Assembly (NCBI GenBank): GCA_038230375.1
Contig: JBBRNJ010000003.1
Coordinates: forward strand, 157,926-221,925
Length of the DNA: 64,000 bases
Source: Polyangiales bacterium
Lineage (GTDB): Bacteria; Myxococcota_A; Polyangia; Polyangiales; Polyangiaceae
Direction: 5' to 3'
Made by a program: the position numbers and the translations under genes. Of this stretch, positions 39,159 through 48,174 are shown one piece after another. The notes beneath the pieces were generated by a model. The model saw nothing but the letters and a program-made list of their open reading frames with translations, made no database searches and was not told where the DNA came from. The stretch's first letter is position 1. Every line of letters starts with the position of its first letter.

Positions 39159-40061
39159 GTGAGCAGCGAGAACGACGAAAAAACACGGGTCACTGCCATC
39201 GTTGCAAAACCGGTGGTGGATGAGACCAAGGCCGGCAACGACTGCGTGGTCACCATCTACACGAAGGAGCCGACCCTTCTGGGTAAGCGCTTCGTGCTGG
39301 ATCAGACACCGTTCCGCATTGGCCGCGGCCCCGAGAACAACATCGTGCTCGAGGGCGACAGCGTCTCGCGCCGTCACGCGCACTTCGAGCAGCGCGGCGG
39401 CACGTGGTTCGCGATCGACGACGGCTCCACCAACGGTACGTACGTCAACGACGAGGTCATCGCGCGCGAGCTCGGCCTCACCAACGGTGATCGCGTGAAG
39501 GTCGGCCCCACGATCTTCAAGTACCTGTCGGGTCAGGACGTGGAAGCGCAGTACCACGAAGAGATTTACCGGATGACCATCATCGATGGTCTCACCCAGG
39601 CACACGTGAAGCGCTACCTGCTGGAGGCGCTCGAGAAGGAGCTGATCCGCGCGCGTCGCCACGAGCGCGAGCTCTGCTTCCTGATGTTCGACATCGATCA
39701 CTTCAAGAAGATTAACGACTTCCACGGCCACCTCGCGGGCGACCACGTGCTGAAGGAGCTCGCGCGCATCGTCCAGGCGCGCATCCGCCGCGACGAGGTG
39801 TTCGCGCGCTACGGCGGCGAAGAGTTCGCGATCCTCCTGCCCGAGACCACGCTCGAAGGCGGGCGTCAGCTCGCGGAGGTCCTGCGCGAGAAGGTCGCGG
39901 AGGCGCGCTTCATCTTCCAGAATGAGCACATCCCCGTCACGATCTCCGTCGGTGTGTCGCGCCTCGAAGAGGGCCACAAGACCAGCCTGGAGCTGATCGG
40001 CGCCGCGGACGAGAAGCTCTACGAAGCAAAACGCGGCGGCCGCAATAAAGTCGTGTCGTGA
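39159..40061 (+). CDS. FHA-GGDEF diguanylate cyclase
   Basis: FHA: IGRG...VSRRHA...STNGT; cyclase: DGLT, DIDHFK.IND..GH..GD, RRDE I-site, RYGGEEF. Confidence 0.95.
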   Translation: MSSENDEKTRVTAIVAKPVVDETKAGNDCVVTIYTKEPTLLGKRFVLDQTPFRIGRGPENNIVLEGDSVSRRHAHFEQRGGTWFAIDDGSTNGTYVNDEVIARELGLTNGDRVKVGPTIFKYLSGQDVEAQYHEEIYRMTIIDGLTQAHVKRYLLEALEKELIRARRHERELCFLMFDIDHFKKINDFHGHLAGDHVLKELARIVQARIRRDEVFARYGGEEFAILLPETTLEGGRQLAEVLREKVAEARFIFQNEHIPVTISVGVSRLEEGHKTSLELIGAADEKLYEAKRGGRNKVVS

Positions 40062-41422
40062 CAGCTGACGTCGTGGGCGCAGCGCCGAGCCCGCTCATTC
40101 AGTTCGTTGACACGACGAGTCTTCCGCCAGAGGTCACGGTGCCTCCGCCTGGGCCGCGGTCTCGCCAGATTGCGGCGCGGCTCTCGCGGGTCGACAACCC
40201 TTCTTTCGACGAGCGGCGCGCCGATCGCGCGGACAGGAGCGGCGAGGACCACACGCCGATCGCGTATGCGCGCGCGCGTGGGAGCAACGTGTTCTGCGCC
40301 GACGGCAACCGATACGTGGATCTGGTGATGGGGTTCGGTGCGTGCATCTTCGGGCACGCGCCTGCGTGGCTCTGCGAAGAGGTGGCGGGTGTGCAGGCGG
40401 AGCTGCCGCTCGCGCTCGGGGACGTGTACGCGTCGGAGGCGAAGGCTGTCTGTGAGGAGAAGCTCGTTGCGCTCTTTCCGGAGCCGGGTGCTCGTGTGAT
40501 CCTTGGACTGTCTGGCGCGGACGCCGTGACCGCTGCGCTCAAGACCGCAGTGCTCGCGACCGGCAAGAGCGGCGTCGTTGCGTTCCACGGCGGCTACCAC
40601 GGGCTCTCGTACGCGCCGCTCGCTGCGTGCGGGCTCGCGCCTGGCTTTCGTGCGCCGTTTCTGGCGCAGCTGGGCTCGCACGTGCGCTTCGCGGATTACC
40701 CCGACGCAGCCGCATTGCATCCCGATGTGGAGCTGCATCGCGCGCTCTCGCAGGCCGACGCGCTCGCCGCCGAATGCGGTGCGGGCGCTATTCTCGTGGA
40801 GCCCATCCAGGGTCGTGGAGGATGCATCGTCCCGCCCGCTGGCTTCCTGCGCGGCCTGCGCGAGATCTGCGATCGCCGTGGCGCGCTGCTGATCGCGGAC
40901 GAGATCTGGACGGGCATGGGTCGCAGCGGTGCGCTCCTCGCATCGCTCGCGGAGACCACGCCGGACCTCGTGTGCGTCGGCAAGGGGCTCGGCGCCGGCT
41001 TCCCCATCTCCGCATGCTTCGGCCGTGAGTCCGCGATGGCCGGCTGGGGCGCGCACGGCGGCAGCGCCATCCACACCGCGACGCACTTCGGTTCGCCGCC
41101 TGCGTGCGCCGCCGCCAGTCTCGCGATTGATGTATTATGCAAGCATCGCGCGTGGGAGCGTTCGGCGAGCGTCGGCGACGCACTCAAGGCTGCGCTCCAG
41201 CAGACGGGGCTCACGGTGACAGGGCAGGGGCTCATGCTCGGTGTGCGCATGAAGGACGCAGGCCACGCGCTCGCGGTGTGTCGCCGTCTCCTCGCGCGTG
41301 GCTACATCGCGCTCACGGGCGGACTTCGCGGTGACGTGGTGACGCTCACGCCAGCGCTGAACGCGCCTCAGCCGCTGCTCCTCATGGCGGCGAAGGCAGT
41401 GAGCGAGGAAGGTGCGGGTTGA
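40058..41422 (+). CDS. Class III PLP-dependent aminotransferase
   Basis: DGNRYVD, SGADAV..ALK, F.GGYHG, EPIQGRGG, LIADEIWTGMGRSG, PD....GKGLG.G, THFG.P. Confidence 0.92.
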   Translation: MTADVVGAAPSPLIQFVDTTSLPPEVTVPPPGPRSRQIAARLSRVDNPSFDERRADRADRSGEDHTPIAYARARGSNVFCADGNRYVDLVMGFGACIFGHAPAWLCEEVAGVQAELPLALGDVYASEAKAVCEEKLVALFPEPGARVILGLSGADAVTAALKTAVLATGKSGVVAFHGGYHGLSYAPLAACGLAPGFRAPFLAQLGSHVRFADYPDAAALHPDVELHRALSQADALAAECGAGAILVEPIQGRGGCIVPPAGFLRGLREICDRRGALLIADEIWTGMGRSGALLASLAETTPDLVCVGKGLGAGFPISACFGRESAMAGWGAHGGSAIHTATHFGSPPACAAASLAIDVLCKHRAWERSASVGDALKAALQQTGLTVTGQGLMLGVRMKDAGHALAVCRRLLARGYIALTGGLRGDVVTLTPALNAPQPLLLMAAKAVSEEGAG

Positions 41423-41455
41423 GCCTGCACAGGTGCCCGCAGCGGCGCCTGCGCC

Positions 41456-43369
41456 TCAACGCGAGCTAGTGGTAGCAGCGATTGCCTGAACCGGCTGAAC
41501 CGAGGGCGAGCGAGCCGCCACTCCGATAGCCGCTTCCAGTGCCTCGACGGAGAATGGCTTCGAGAGGATCTCGGTGACCCCGAGCGCGCGCGCTTGCGCG
41601 ATTGTCTCCTCGTCGTCGAGGCCTGTCATGAGCATGCACGGCAAGGCGGGGCGCACCACGAGGACAGCCGAGATCAGCGCCGTCCCCTTCATCTGCGGCA
41701 TCGTCTGGTCAGTCACGAGCAAGTCAAAGTCGCTCGGCGTCCGCTCGAACAACGCAAGCGCTTCGGGCGCGCTTGTCACGACCGTCACCGTGTGACCAGC
41801 CCGCTGGAGGACCCTCCCCACGACATTCGCGACCGCAAGCTCGTCGTCCACACACAACACACGCAGCCCCGAAACGTCCTTCACCTCCGTGCGAACGCTC
41901 TCGCTGCGGTGGCCCGCAGGCGGTTCGGCGACGGGCAACTGCACGGTGAAGCGAGCGCCCTGTCCCGGAGCGCTTTGCAGGGTGACGTCGCCGCCATGCT
42001 CGCGCACGATGCCGTGAACGATCGAGAGCCCAAGACCGGTGCCGGTCCCCGTGGGCTTCGTCGTGAAGAACGGATCGAAGGCGCGCCGCTGGGCCTCGTC
42101 ATCCATCCCCACGCCGGAGTCCGTCACCACGACGGCCGCCAAGGAACCTACCGCCTGGCGCACCCGGATCCCGAGCGTGCCCCCGTTGCCGTGCATGGCC
42201 TGGAGCGCGTTGGTCACCAGATTCGCGAGGACCTGGTCAATCTGAGTGCGATCGGCGAGCACCCACACCGGCTCGGCCGGAACGTCCAGCACGATCTCGA
42301 TCGTCGCAGGCAGCGTCGATCTGAACAGCTTCACAGCCTCGCTCGCGCACGCAGCCAGATCGATGCTCTGCTTCTGCGGCTCCTGCCGGCGGCTGAACAG
42401 CAGGATCCGGCGTACCAGATCGCGGGCTGTCACGGCTGACTCGTGGATCGCCTCCAGGCCCGGCTGCAACGAGTGGTCCGCCGCCAGTTCCTGGCGCGCC
42501 AGGTCGGAGTACACGAGGATCGGCGACAAGATGTTGTTGATATCGTGGGCGATGCCACCAGCGAGCGTCCCTATGGTCTCCATCTTGTGGGACTCACGCA
42601 GCTGATGTTCTGATGCTCGAAGCGCCTCTTCCGCGTGCTTCTGTTGAGTGATGTCCCGCGTCAACAAGGAGAGCGACGTGATTCGCCCTTCCGTCTCGAT
42701 CGGACCGACGATCGTCGAGTACCACTTGTCGAGCGGCGGGCTGTAGGCCTCGTAGCTGGTGGCGCGACCTGTCGCAAACGTGGTCTCGAACGCATCACGC
42801 ATCGCCGGGTGATGCTTCGCGCCCGTGAAGTCGAAGGGCGTCGCCTTTCCGATCAGCGACTCCAGAGTGATCCCCGGTGCGAGGTGATTCACGTACACGT
42901 AGCGATACTCACGATCGATGACCAACACGAAGTCGAACGGGTTCTCGGCGATCGACCGCCAGCGCTGCTCGGACTCCGCCTGCATGCGCTCGAGCCGTTT
43001 GCGTTCGCGGAAGTCCTTGAAGGTGGTGACGTAGGCGACGGGCGCGCCGTCTGGACCGTGGAGCACGGAGGGCGAGACGAGGGCAGGAAAGCGCTCACCG
43101 CTCCTGGTACGGAGGTGAAGCTCGAACGTCGTGGGCGCTCCCGCAACGGTGCGCGCGAACGCCTCGTTGATGGTCTCCAGTTCTTCGGCGGGCCAGTAAG
43201 GAAAAGGCGCGCGCGTGCCGACCAGCTCCTCACGGGAGTATCCTGTGAGCGCGCACATGGAGTCGTTGACGAAGACCGTGACTCCGTTCGTGTCGACGAT
43301 GCTCAGGCCGTCGCGAAGGCCCACGAGGAGCTGTTCGACAAGCTCCGGTGTGCGAAACAGCTCAAGCAT
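41456..43369 (-). CDS. Cytoplasmic PAS-PAS hybrid sensor histidine kinase/receiver
   Basis: Two PAS domains; GGIAHDINN H-box; NLVTNA, DSGVGM, FDPFFTTK, GTGLGL; receiver VDDE...TDQTMP...KPF. Confidence 0.95.
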   Translation of the reverse strand: MLELFRTPELVEQLLVGLRDGLSIVDTNGVTVFVNDSMCALTGYSREELVGTRAPFPYWPAEELETINEAFARTVAGAPTTFELHLRTRSGERFPALVSPSVLHGPDGAPVAYVTTFKDFRERKRLERMQAESEQRWRSIAENPFDFVLVIDREYRYVYVNHLAPGITLESLIGKATPFDFTGAKHHPAMRDAFETTFATGRATSYEAYSPPLDKWYSTIVGPIETEGRITSLSLLTRDITQQKHAEEALRASEHQLRESHKMETIGTLAGGIAHDINNILSPILVYSDLARQELAADHSLQPGLEAIHESAVTARDLVRRILLFSRRQEPQKQSIDLAACASEAVKLFRSTLPATIEIVLDVPAEPVWVLADRTQIDQVLANLVTNALQAMHGNGGTLGIRVRQAVGSLAAVVVTDSGVGMDDEAQRRAFDPFFTTKPTGTGTGLGLSIVHGIVREHGGDVTLQSAPGQGARFTVQLPVAEPPAGHRSESVRTEVKDVSGLRVLCVDDELAVANVVGRVLQRAGHTVTVVTSAPEALALFERTPSDFDLLVTDQTMPQMKGTALISAVLVVRPALPCMLMTGLDDEETIAQARALGVTEILSKPFSVEALEAAIGVAARSPSVQPVQAIAATTSSR

Positions 43370-43559
43370 CCCTCAGGGCCCCCCGTTGCTTCCATAGTTG
43401 ACCACGGAGGGGACTTGAAGGCAAGACCGCGTGGCGAGCCGCGCGTCGCTGGAGAACGGCTGCACGTACTGATGCCGCCGGTCATGCGCGACAGATGTGC
43501 ACGGGTCCTGGTTCGTCAGGGCCCCTGAATTTGCGGTAAATCTGGCGTAAGGTGGCCTC

Positions 43560-44672
43560 GTGGACCCGATCGATGAGAGCAACGGCTTGCACGACCGCGT
43601 GCAGGCGATGGTGGCCGCGTTCGATGGGAACAAGCCGGAGCCCGAGAGTCCCGATACGCTCGCGTGCGACATCGCTCGCTTCCAGGCGCGCAACATCCCG
43701 GGCTTCGCGCGGCTGTGCGCGCGTCACGACGTCGACCTGCAGGAGCTCGTGTCCGCCGCCGACATTCCCGCCGTCCCCACCGACGCGTTCAAGCTCACGC
43801 GCGTCTTTGCGTTCCAGGAAGGAGAGCCGGTCGTGTTCCAGACCAGCGGCACGACGGTCGGCCGTCGTGGTCGTCACATCATGCGATGCACGGACACGTA
43901 CGACCACGCGGCCCTCGCGTTCGGCCGTCGCATGCTCATGCCGCTGATGGGGGGGACGCAGCCTCCGGTCGTGCCCATCATGGTGCTTGGTCCGCCTCCG
44001 AATGAGCAGCCGGACTCGTCCCTGACTCACATGCTTTCCATGTTCGCGCACACGATGGGCAGCGACGCGAACGGGCAGGAGACGTACTTCCTGCGCGATG
44101 GCGTGTTCGATCTCGCCAAACTCGACGAGCGCGTGGCGGGCATCCTCTTGAAGGGGAACCAGCCCGTGTTGTTGATGGGGACGTCGTTCGCGTTCGTGCA
44201 CTTCCTGGACGCGATGGGGAGCGACACGTTCCGCCTGCCAGCACGCAGCCGCGTGATGCAGACCGGCGGCTTCAAGGGCAAGTCGCGCGAGGTCTCGGCC
44301 ACCGAGCTCCGTCGCGAGATAGCGCGTGTATTCTGCATCGAAGAGGGCGACGTGCTCTCCGAGTACGGCATGACGGAGCTCTCGAGCCAGTTCTACACGC
44401 ACGCGGGCGAGGACACGCTCGCCGGCATCTTCACGGAGCCGCCGTGGGCGCACGTCACGCCGGTGAACCCGGAGACGCTCGAGCCGGTGGAGGACGGAAA
44501 GACGGGCATCGCGCGCATCGTGGACCTGTGCAACGTGGACAGCGCCGTCGCGATCCAGACGCAGGATCTCGTGCGACGCGAGGGCCACGGCTTCGTGCTG
44601 CTCGGTCGCATGCCGGGCGTCGCGCCGCGCGGGTGCTCCATCGCCATCGACGAGATGCTGGGGCCGTCGTGA
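43560..44672 (+). CDS. LuxE-like acyl-protein synthetase
   Basis: IPAVPTDAFK, FQTSGTT, TGGFKG, EYGMTELSSQ.Y, DL.N..S..AIQTQD, LGR......RGCS. Confidence 0.88.
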   Translation: MDPIDESNGLHDRVQAMVAAFDGNKPEPESPDTLACDIARFQARNIPGFARLCARHDVDLQELVSAADIPAVPTDAFKLTRVFAFQEGEPVVFQTSGTTVGRRGRHIMRCTDTYDHAALAFGRRMLMPLMGGTQPPVVPIMVLGPPPNEQPDSSLTHMLSMFAHTMGSDANGQETYFLRDGVFDLAKLDERVAGILLKGNQPVLLMGTSFAFVHFLDAMGSDTFRLPARSRVMQTGGFKGKSREVSATELRREIARVFCIEEGDVLSEYGMTELSSQFYTHAGEDTLAGIFTEPPWAHVTPVNPETLEPVEDGKTGIARIVDLCNVDSAVAIQTQDLVRREGHGFVLLGRMPGVAPRGCSIAIDEMLGPS

Positions 44673-45694
44673 GGAGTGTGCGCGAGAAGACCCGCGACGT
44701 GATGCGCATCCTGGACGTGGCGCGTGAGCTCCAGCGCGACGACTCGCTCATGAAGAAGCTCGTCGCGTCCACGGGGCTCTCGATCGAGGGCGTTCAAAAG
44801 GGGATGTCCGAGCACCTGGAGACCGACGCCACCGAGGACGACGTGGAGCGCTTCGTCCTCAAGTTCGGCGACGTCTCGCGCGTGACGGTCATCCTTGCAG
44901 CCAATGTGTTCGTGGCTTCATTGCGGGCGATCGCGTGTGCGCGCGCGAAGGGTGAGCGCGTGACGGTGCGTCCTTCCTCGCGCGAGCCGGAGCTCGCCGC
45001 TGCGATTGTGCGCGCGCTCGATGACCCGAACATCGAGCTTGTTTCCAGCGTGGAGGTGCGCAACCTGCGCGAGGGCGAGATCCACGTCTACGGCAAGGAC
45101 GAGACGATCGCAAAGTTCAGGGCCGCGGCGCACGTGCCCGTCATCGGCCATGGTCACGGCCTTGGCGTGGGCTGGCTCACAACGAAGACCTCGGTCCTTG
45201 ACGTGCTCGCGGGTCTGGAGAGCGACATCATCGCATTCGATCAACGCGGCTGCCTCAGCCTCCGTGTCCTGTTCGTGGAGGGCGGCCCCGCGCGCGCCGA
45301 GGAGGTGGGCCGTGCGCTGCATCGCGCGCTGAACACCACGAAGGTCCCGCGCGGCGAGCTCACGCGTGAAGAACGCGCGGAGTCCGTGCGCTTCTCGGAC
45401 ACGATGACGATGGTGGGCGAAGTGTTCACCGGACATGCGCACGTGGTCGCCGTTGCGCCAGCAGATGCGCCCGCGATCGTCCCGCCCACGGGCCGACACG
45501 TGCTCGTGCGATCCGCGCTCCGCGCCGCGGAGGTCACCTCTGCGCTCGCACCCATCGCCAAGTGGGTCTGCGCGTTCGGGACGGACGACGTAGCGCGCGC
45601 CAAGATGCTCGGTCCCTCGCACGCGCGATTCTCCGCTCTCGGAAGAATGCAGAAGCCCAAGCTAGATGGATATGTGGACCTGAGGGTCACGTGA
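44669..45694 (+). CDS. LuxC-like acyl-CoA reductase (short)
   Basis: ILAANV, RPSSRE, VYG.DETI, GHG, DI..FDQRGCLS (LuxC-type Cys motif), LGRMQ.P..DG..D; GTGA overlap with luxE-like gene. Confidence 0.8.
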   Translation: MRSVREKTRDVMRILDVARELQRDDSLMKKLVASTGLSIEGVQKGMSEHLETDATEDDVERFVLKFGDVSRVTVILAANVFVASLRAIACARAKGERVTVRPSSREPELAAAIVRALDDPNIELVSSVEVRNLREGEIHVYGKDETIAKFRAAAHVPVIGHGHGLGVGWLTTKTSVLDVLAGLESDIIAFDQRGCLSLRVLFVEGGPARAEEVGRALHRALNTTKVPRGELTREERAESVRFSDTMTMVGEVFTGHAHVVAVAPADAPAIVPPTGRHVLVRSALRAAEVTSALAPIAKWVCAFGTDDVARAKMLGPSHARFSALGRMQKPKLDGYVDLRVT

Positions 45695-45725
45695 GTTACG
45701 GGCCCGAAGAGAGGACATTCACAAC

Positions 45726-45791
45726 GACTTCGACCTAGACTTCGACTTCGACTTCGACTTCGACTTCGACTTCGACCCCGACCCCGACCTC
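45726..45791. repeat. Intergenic hexamer tandem repeat (GACYYC-like, 11 units)
   Basis: GACTTC GACCTA (GACTTC)x6 GACCCC GACCCC GACCTC, ending 12 nt before the ATG at 45804. Confidence 0.9.
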
Positions 45792-45803
45792 CCCTTTCCC
45801 CAA

Positions 45804-46760
45804 ATGCCCCTCTACAAGAACCTCGACGGCACCACTCCCGACAAGGGCCTCTCCGACATCCTCAAGTGGCAGCTCGTCGATCGCATCACTGGGAAGCGCA
45901 AGCGCGACCACGTTCCCTTCGAGACTCCCTTCGTCAAGAACGACGGCAAGTCCCTCTCCTCGGATGTCGCGCGGCTCACGTGGATTGGTCACGCTACTTT
46001 TGTGATGCGGCTTGGCGGTCAGCTTGTTGCCACGGATCCGATCTGGTCGAACCGCATCCAGGGCGCAGTGCCGCGGCTCGTGCAGCCTGGGGTCGCGTTT
46101 GCGGATGTGCCTCCGCTGGATGTCGTGACCGTCAGTCACTCGCACTTCGATCATCTGGACATGCCGTCGCTGAAGATGATCGGCAACAAGTCGCTCTTCA
46201 TCGTTCCGAAGGACAACGCGGAGCTGCTCCGCTCGGCGGGCCTCACGAACGTGGTGGAGCTTGGCTGGTGGGAATCGCACACCGTTGGCGGTCTGACAGT
46301 GACGCACGTGCCGTCACATCACTGGTCCATGCGCATGCCATGGGATCGCAACAAGCGCCTGTGGGGCGGCTTCCTCTACCAGTCGAGCGAGGGCGTGGCG
46401 TACCACGCGGGTGACACCGCGATGAGCGAGATGGTGTTCGAGCAGATCGCCGAGAAGGGCCCGCGCATCGACTGGGCCATGCTGCCCATCGGCGCGTACG
46501 ACCCGCCGTGGTTCATGCAGCCGCAGCACATGGGCCCCGAGGAGGCAGTGCGCGCGTTCGAGCTCCTACGCGCAAAACATTTCTTCGCCATGCACTGGGG
46601 CACGTTCAAGCTGACGGATGAACCGCTGGGAGAGCCGCCGCAGCGCCTGCGCAAGCGCTGGAGCGAGCAGGCGCTCGATGAGTCGCGCATGACCATCCTC
46701 GACATCGGCGGCTCGCGCGAGCTCGTCAACAGCCACAGCGGTTCAACTGCGGCTGGCTGA
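45804..46760 (+). CDS. MBL-fold metallohydrolase (NAPE-PLD/RomA-like)
   Basis: TWIGHAT, TDPIWS, SHSHFDHLD, HWS.R, LWGG, AGDT, LPIGAY.P.WFM..QH, HWGTF.L.DE. Confidence 0.92.
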   Translation: MPLYKNLDGTTPDKGLSDILKWQLVDRITGKRKRDHVPFETPFVKNDGKSLSSDVARLTWIGHATFVMRLGGQLVATDPIWSNRIQGAVPRLVQPGVAFADVPPLDVVTVSHSHFDHLDMPSLKMIGNKSLFIVPKDNAELLRSAGLTNVVELGWWESHTVGGLTVTHVPSHHWSMRMPWDRNKRLWGGFLYQSSEGVAYHAGDTAMSEMVFEQIAEKGPRIDWAMLPIGAYDPPWFMQPQHMGPEEAVRAFELLRAKHFFAMHWGTFKLTDEPLGEPPQRLRKRWSEQALDESRMTILDIGGSRELVNSHSGSTAAG

Positions 46761-46875
46761 CGGATGTACGTGGTGTAACTCTACGGGCTATATGAGTTGC
46801 GATGCGTTGCGAAGTGGTTGCGGAACGCAGCCGCGATGACCTCGTCTTCGGCGACAAACGACCACTCTGCGCCGG

Positions 46876-47325
46876 TCAGTCGCCGGCGTCGGCGTCCGTT
46901 GCGTCTGTTGCGTCTGTTGCGGCGTCGGTGCTGGCTTCGGCTGAAGCTTCGGTGCTTGCGTCGGTCGGGGGGACGCTGCCGTCGTCCTGGGGGCCGGCTT
47001 CGAAGTCTGGGCCGCCGGGGTAGCAGGACTCGTCCGTGTCGCACTTCCAGATGCCTCCGCCGCCGTTCGGGCTTGCGACGCACCTGCAGCCGCCCTTTGC
47101 GCACATCGCGAAGCAGACCTGCGAGGAGACCGGCGAGCACGGATTGCCGCTGCCGCTAAAGGCCTGGCAGAGGAGCTTGATGGTCTCGTCGCCCGAGGCG
47201 TCCGTTGCGCTCGCGGTGTCGTCGCCGCCGCATGCGCCAACGCTCAGGGTCGCCAGCAGCGTTGCCACGAGCACGGCCGAAGCCACCGAGTAGAAGTGCC
47301 GCGGAGCGGCGGGGATCAAAGCCAT
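46876..47325 (-). CDS. Small Cys-rich lipoprotein
   Basis: Lipobox VGA-CGGDD; eight further Cys; DA-rich tail. Confidence 0.7.
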   Translation of the reverse strand: MALIPAAPRHFYSVASAVLVATLLATLSVGACGGDDTASATDASGDETIKLLCQAFSGSGNPCSPVSSQVCFAMCAKGGCRCVASPNGGGGIWKCDTDESCYPGGPDFEAGPQDDGSVPPTDASTEASAEASTDAATDATDATDADAGD

Positions 47326-47394
47326 GCGCGAATCCTAGCAAACGCACGCGCGCGCGTGAAACGACAGCAGCGCTCCGCGCGCAACGGATCCCTA

Positions 47395-47585
47395 CGCCGC
47401 CGACCGAGAGTGGAACCACCGCTTGATGCCCGATGCGCCGGTGCAGTAGACCCCGTCGTGCAAAGCACGACATCGCGTAAGCGAAACGCGGGGAGGCTCA
47501 AACGCAGAGCGTTTGAGGGGCCGGCACGGCCCACGCGACAAAACCCGGCTCGGCTCTACATCACAGCAGGAACGGAGAGGCGGCG
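47395..47585. repeat. Multi-hairpin intergenic element (REP-like or structured RNA)
   Basis: Four adjacent perfect stems at 47455-47471, 47474-47490, 47497-47517 and 47518-47532, enclosed by CGCCGCC/GGCGGCG. Confidence 0.6.
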
Positions 47586-47604
47586 GCTCCAGCCAGCCCC
47601 ACGC

Positions 47605-48132
47605 TCAAGAAGCCGGCTTGACCGGGATGATCTGGACGCGGCGGTCCTGACCTTCGCCGTGGCTCTCGGTGCGGACGCCCGCGATGTCCTTGAGCGCCAT
47701 GTGCACGATGCGGCGATCGCGCGCTGACATCGGGTCGAAGGTGATGACCTTGCCCTCTTGCGCCACGCGGCGTGCGAGCTTCTCTGCCATCTCGGCGAGC
47801 TGGTCCTCGTGGCGGGCGCGGTAGCCCTCCGCGTCCACGGCGATGTGCTTGCGTGGGTCTCCGGGACGGTGCGCGACGCGCGTGGTCAGGTACTGGATGG
47901 CCTCGAGCACGGAGCCACGCTTGCCGATGACACGGCCCGCATCGGGTCCCTCGATCTCGATGCGGATCTCGTCCTCGCCGCTCTCGCCGTCATCGGGCGG
48001 GAACGTCGCGTCCGCATCCATCTGCATCTTTTCGAGGAGCATCTTCACGAAGTTGAGCGCGCGCTCCTCCTGGCTTCCCGGGGCGGCTGCGTTGACTTCA
48101 GGCGATGCGTTGTCGGTCGTGGTGCTGCTCAC
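47605..48132 (-). CDS. jag: Jag/EloR/KhpB RNA-binding protein (KH + R3H only)
   Basis: GRVIGKRG..LEAIQYL KH motif; D..GYR; PM.ARDRRIVH R3H motif; S.GEG..R.V; directly after yidC. Confidence 0.92.
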   Translation of the reverse strand: MSSTTTDNASPEVNAAAPGSQEERALNFVKMLLEKMQMDADATFPPDDGESGEDEIRIEIEGPDAGRVIGKRGSVLEAIQYLTTRVAHRPGDPRKHIAVDAEGYRARHEDQLAEMAEKLARRVAQEGKVITFDPMSARDRRIVHMALKDIAGVRTESHGEGQDRRVQIIPVKPAS

Positions 48133-48174
48133 AGAGATGTCCCTTTCGATGCTGCTTCTCCGGGGCTACCCCGG

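Noticed and set aside
43560..45694. Bioluminescence operon
   Set aside because: No luxA, luxB or luxD in the window.
46796..46822. Three GTTGCG repeats at 10-11 bp spacing
   Set aside because: Short, GC-rich and between convergent gene ends, so weak support for an operator.
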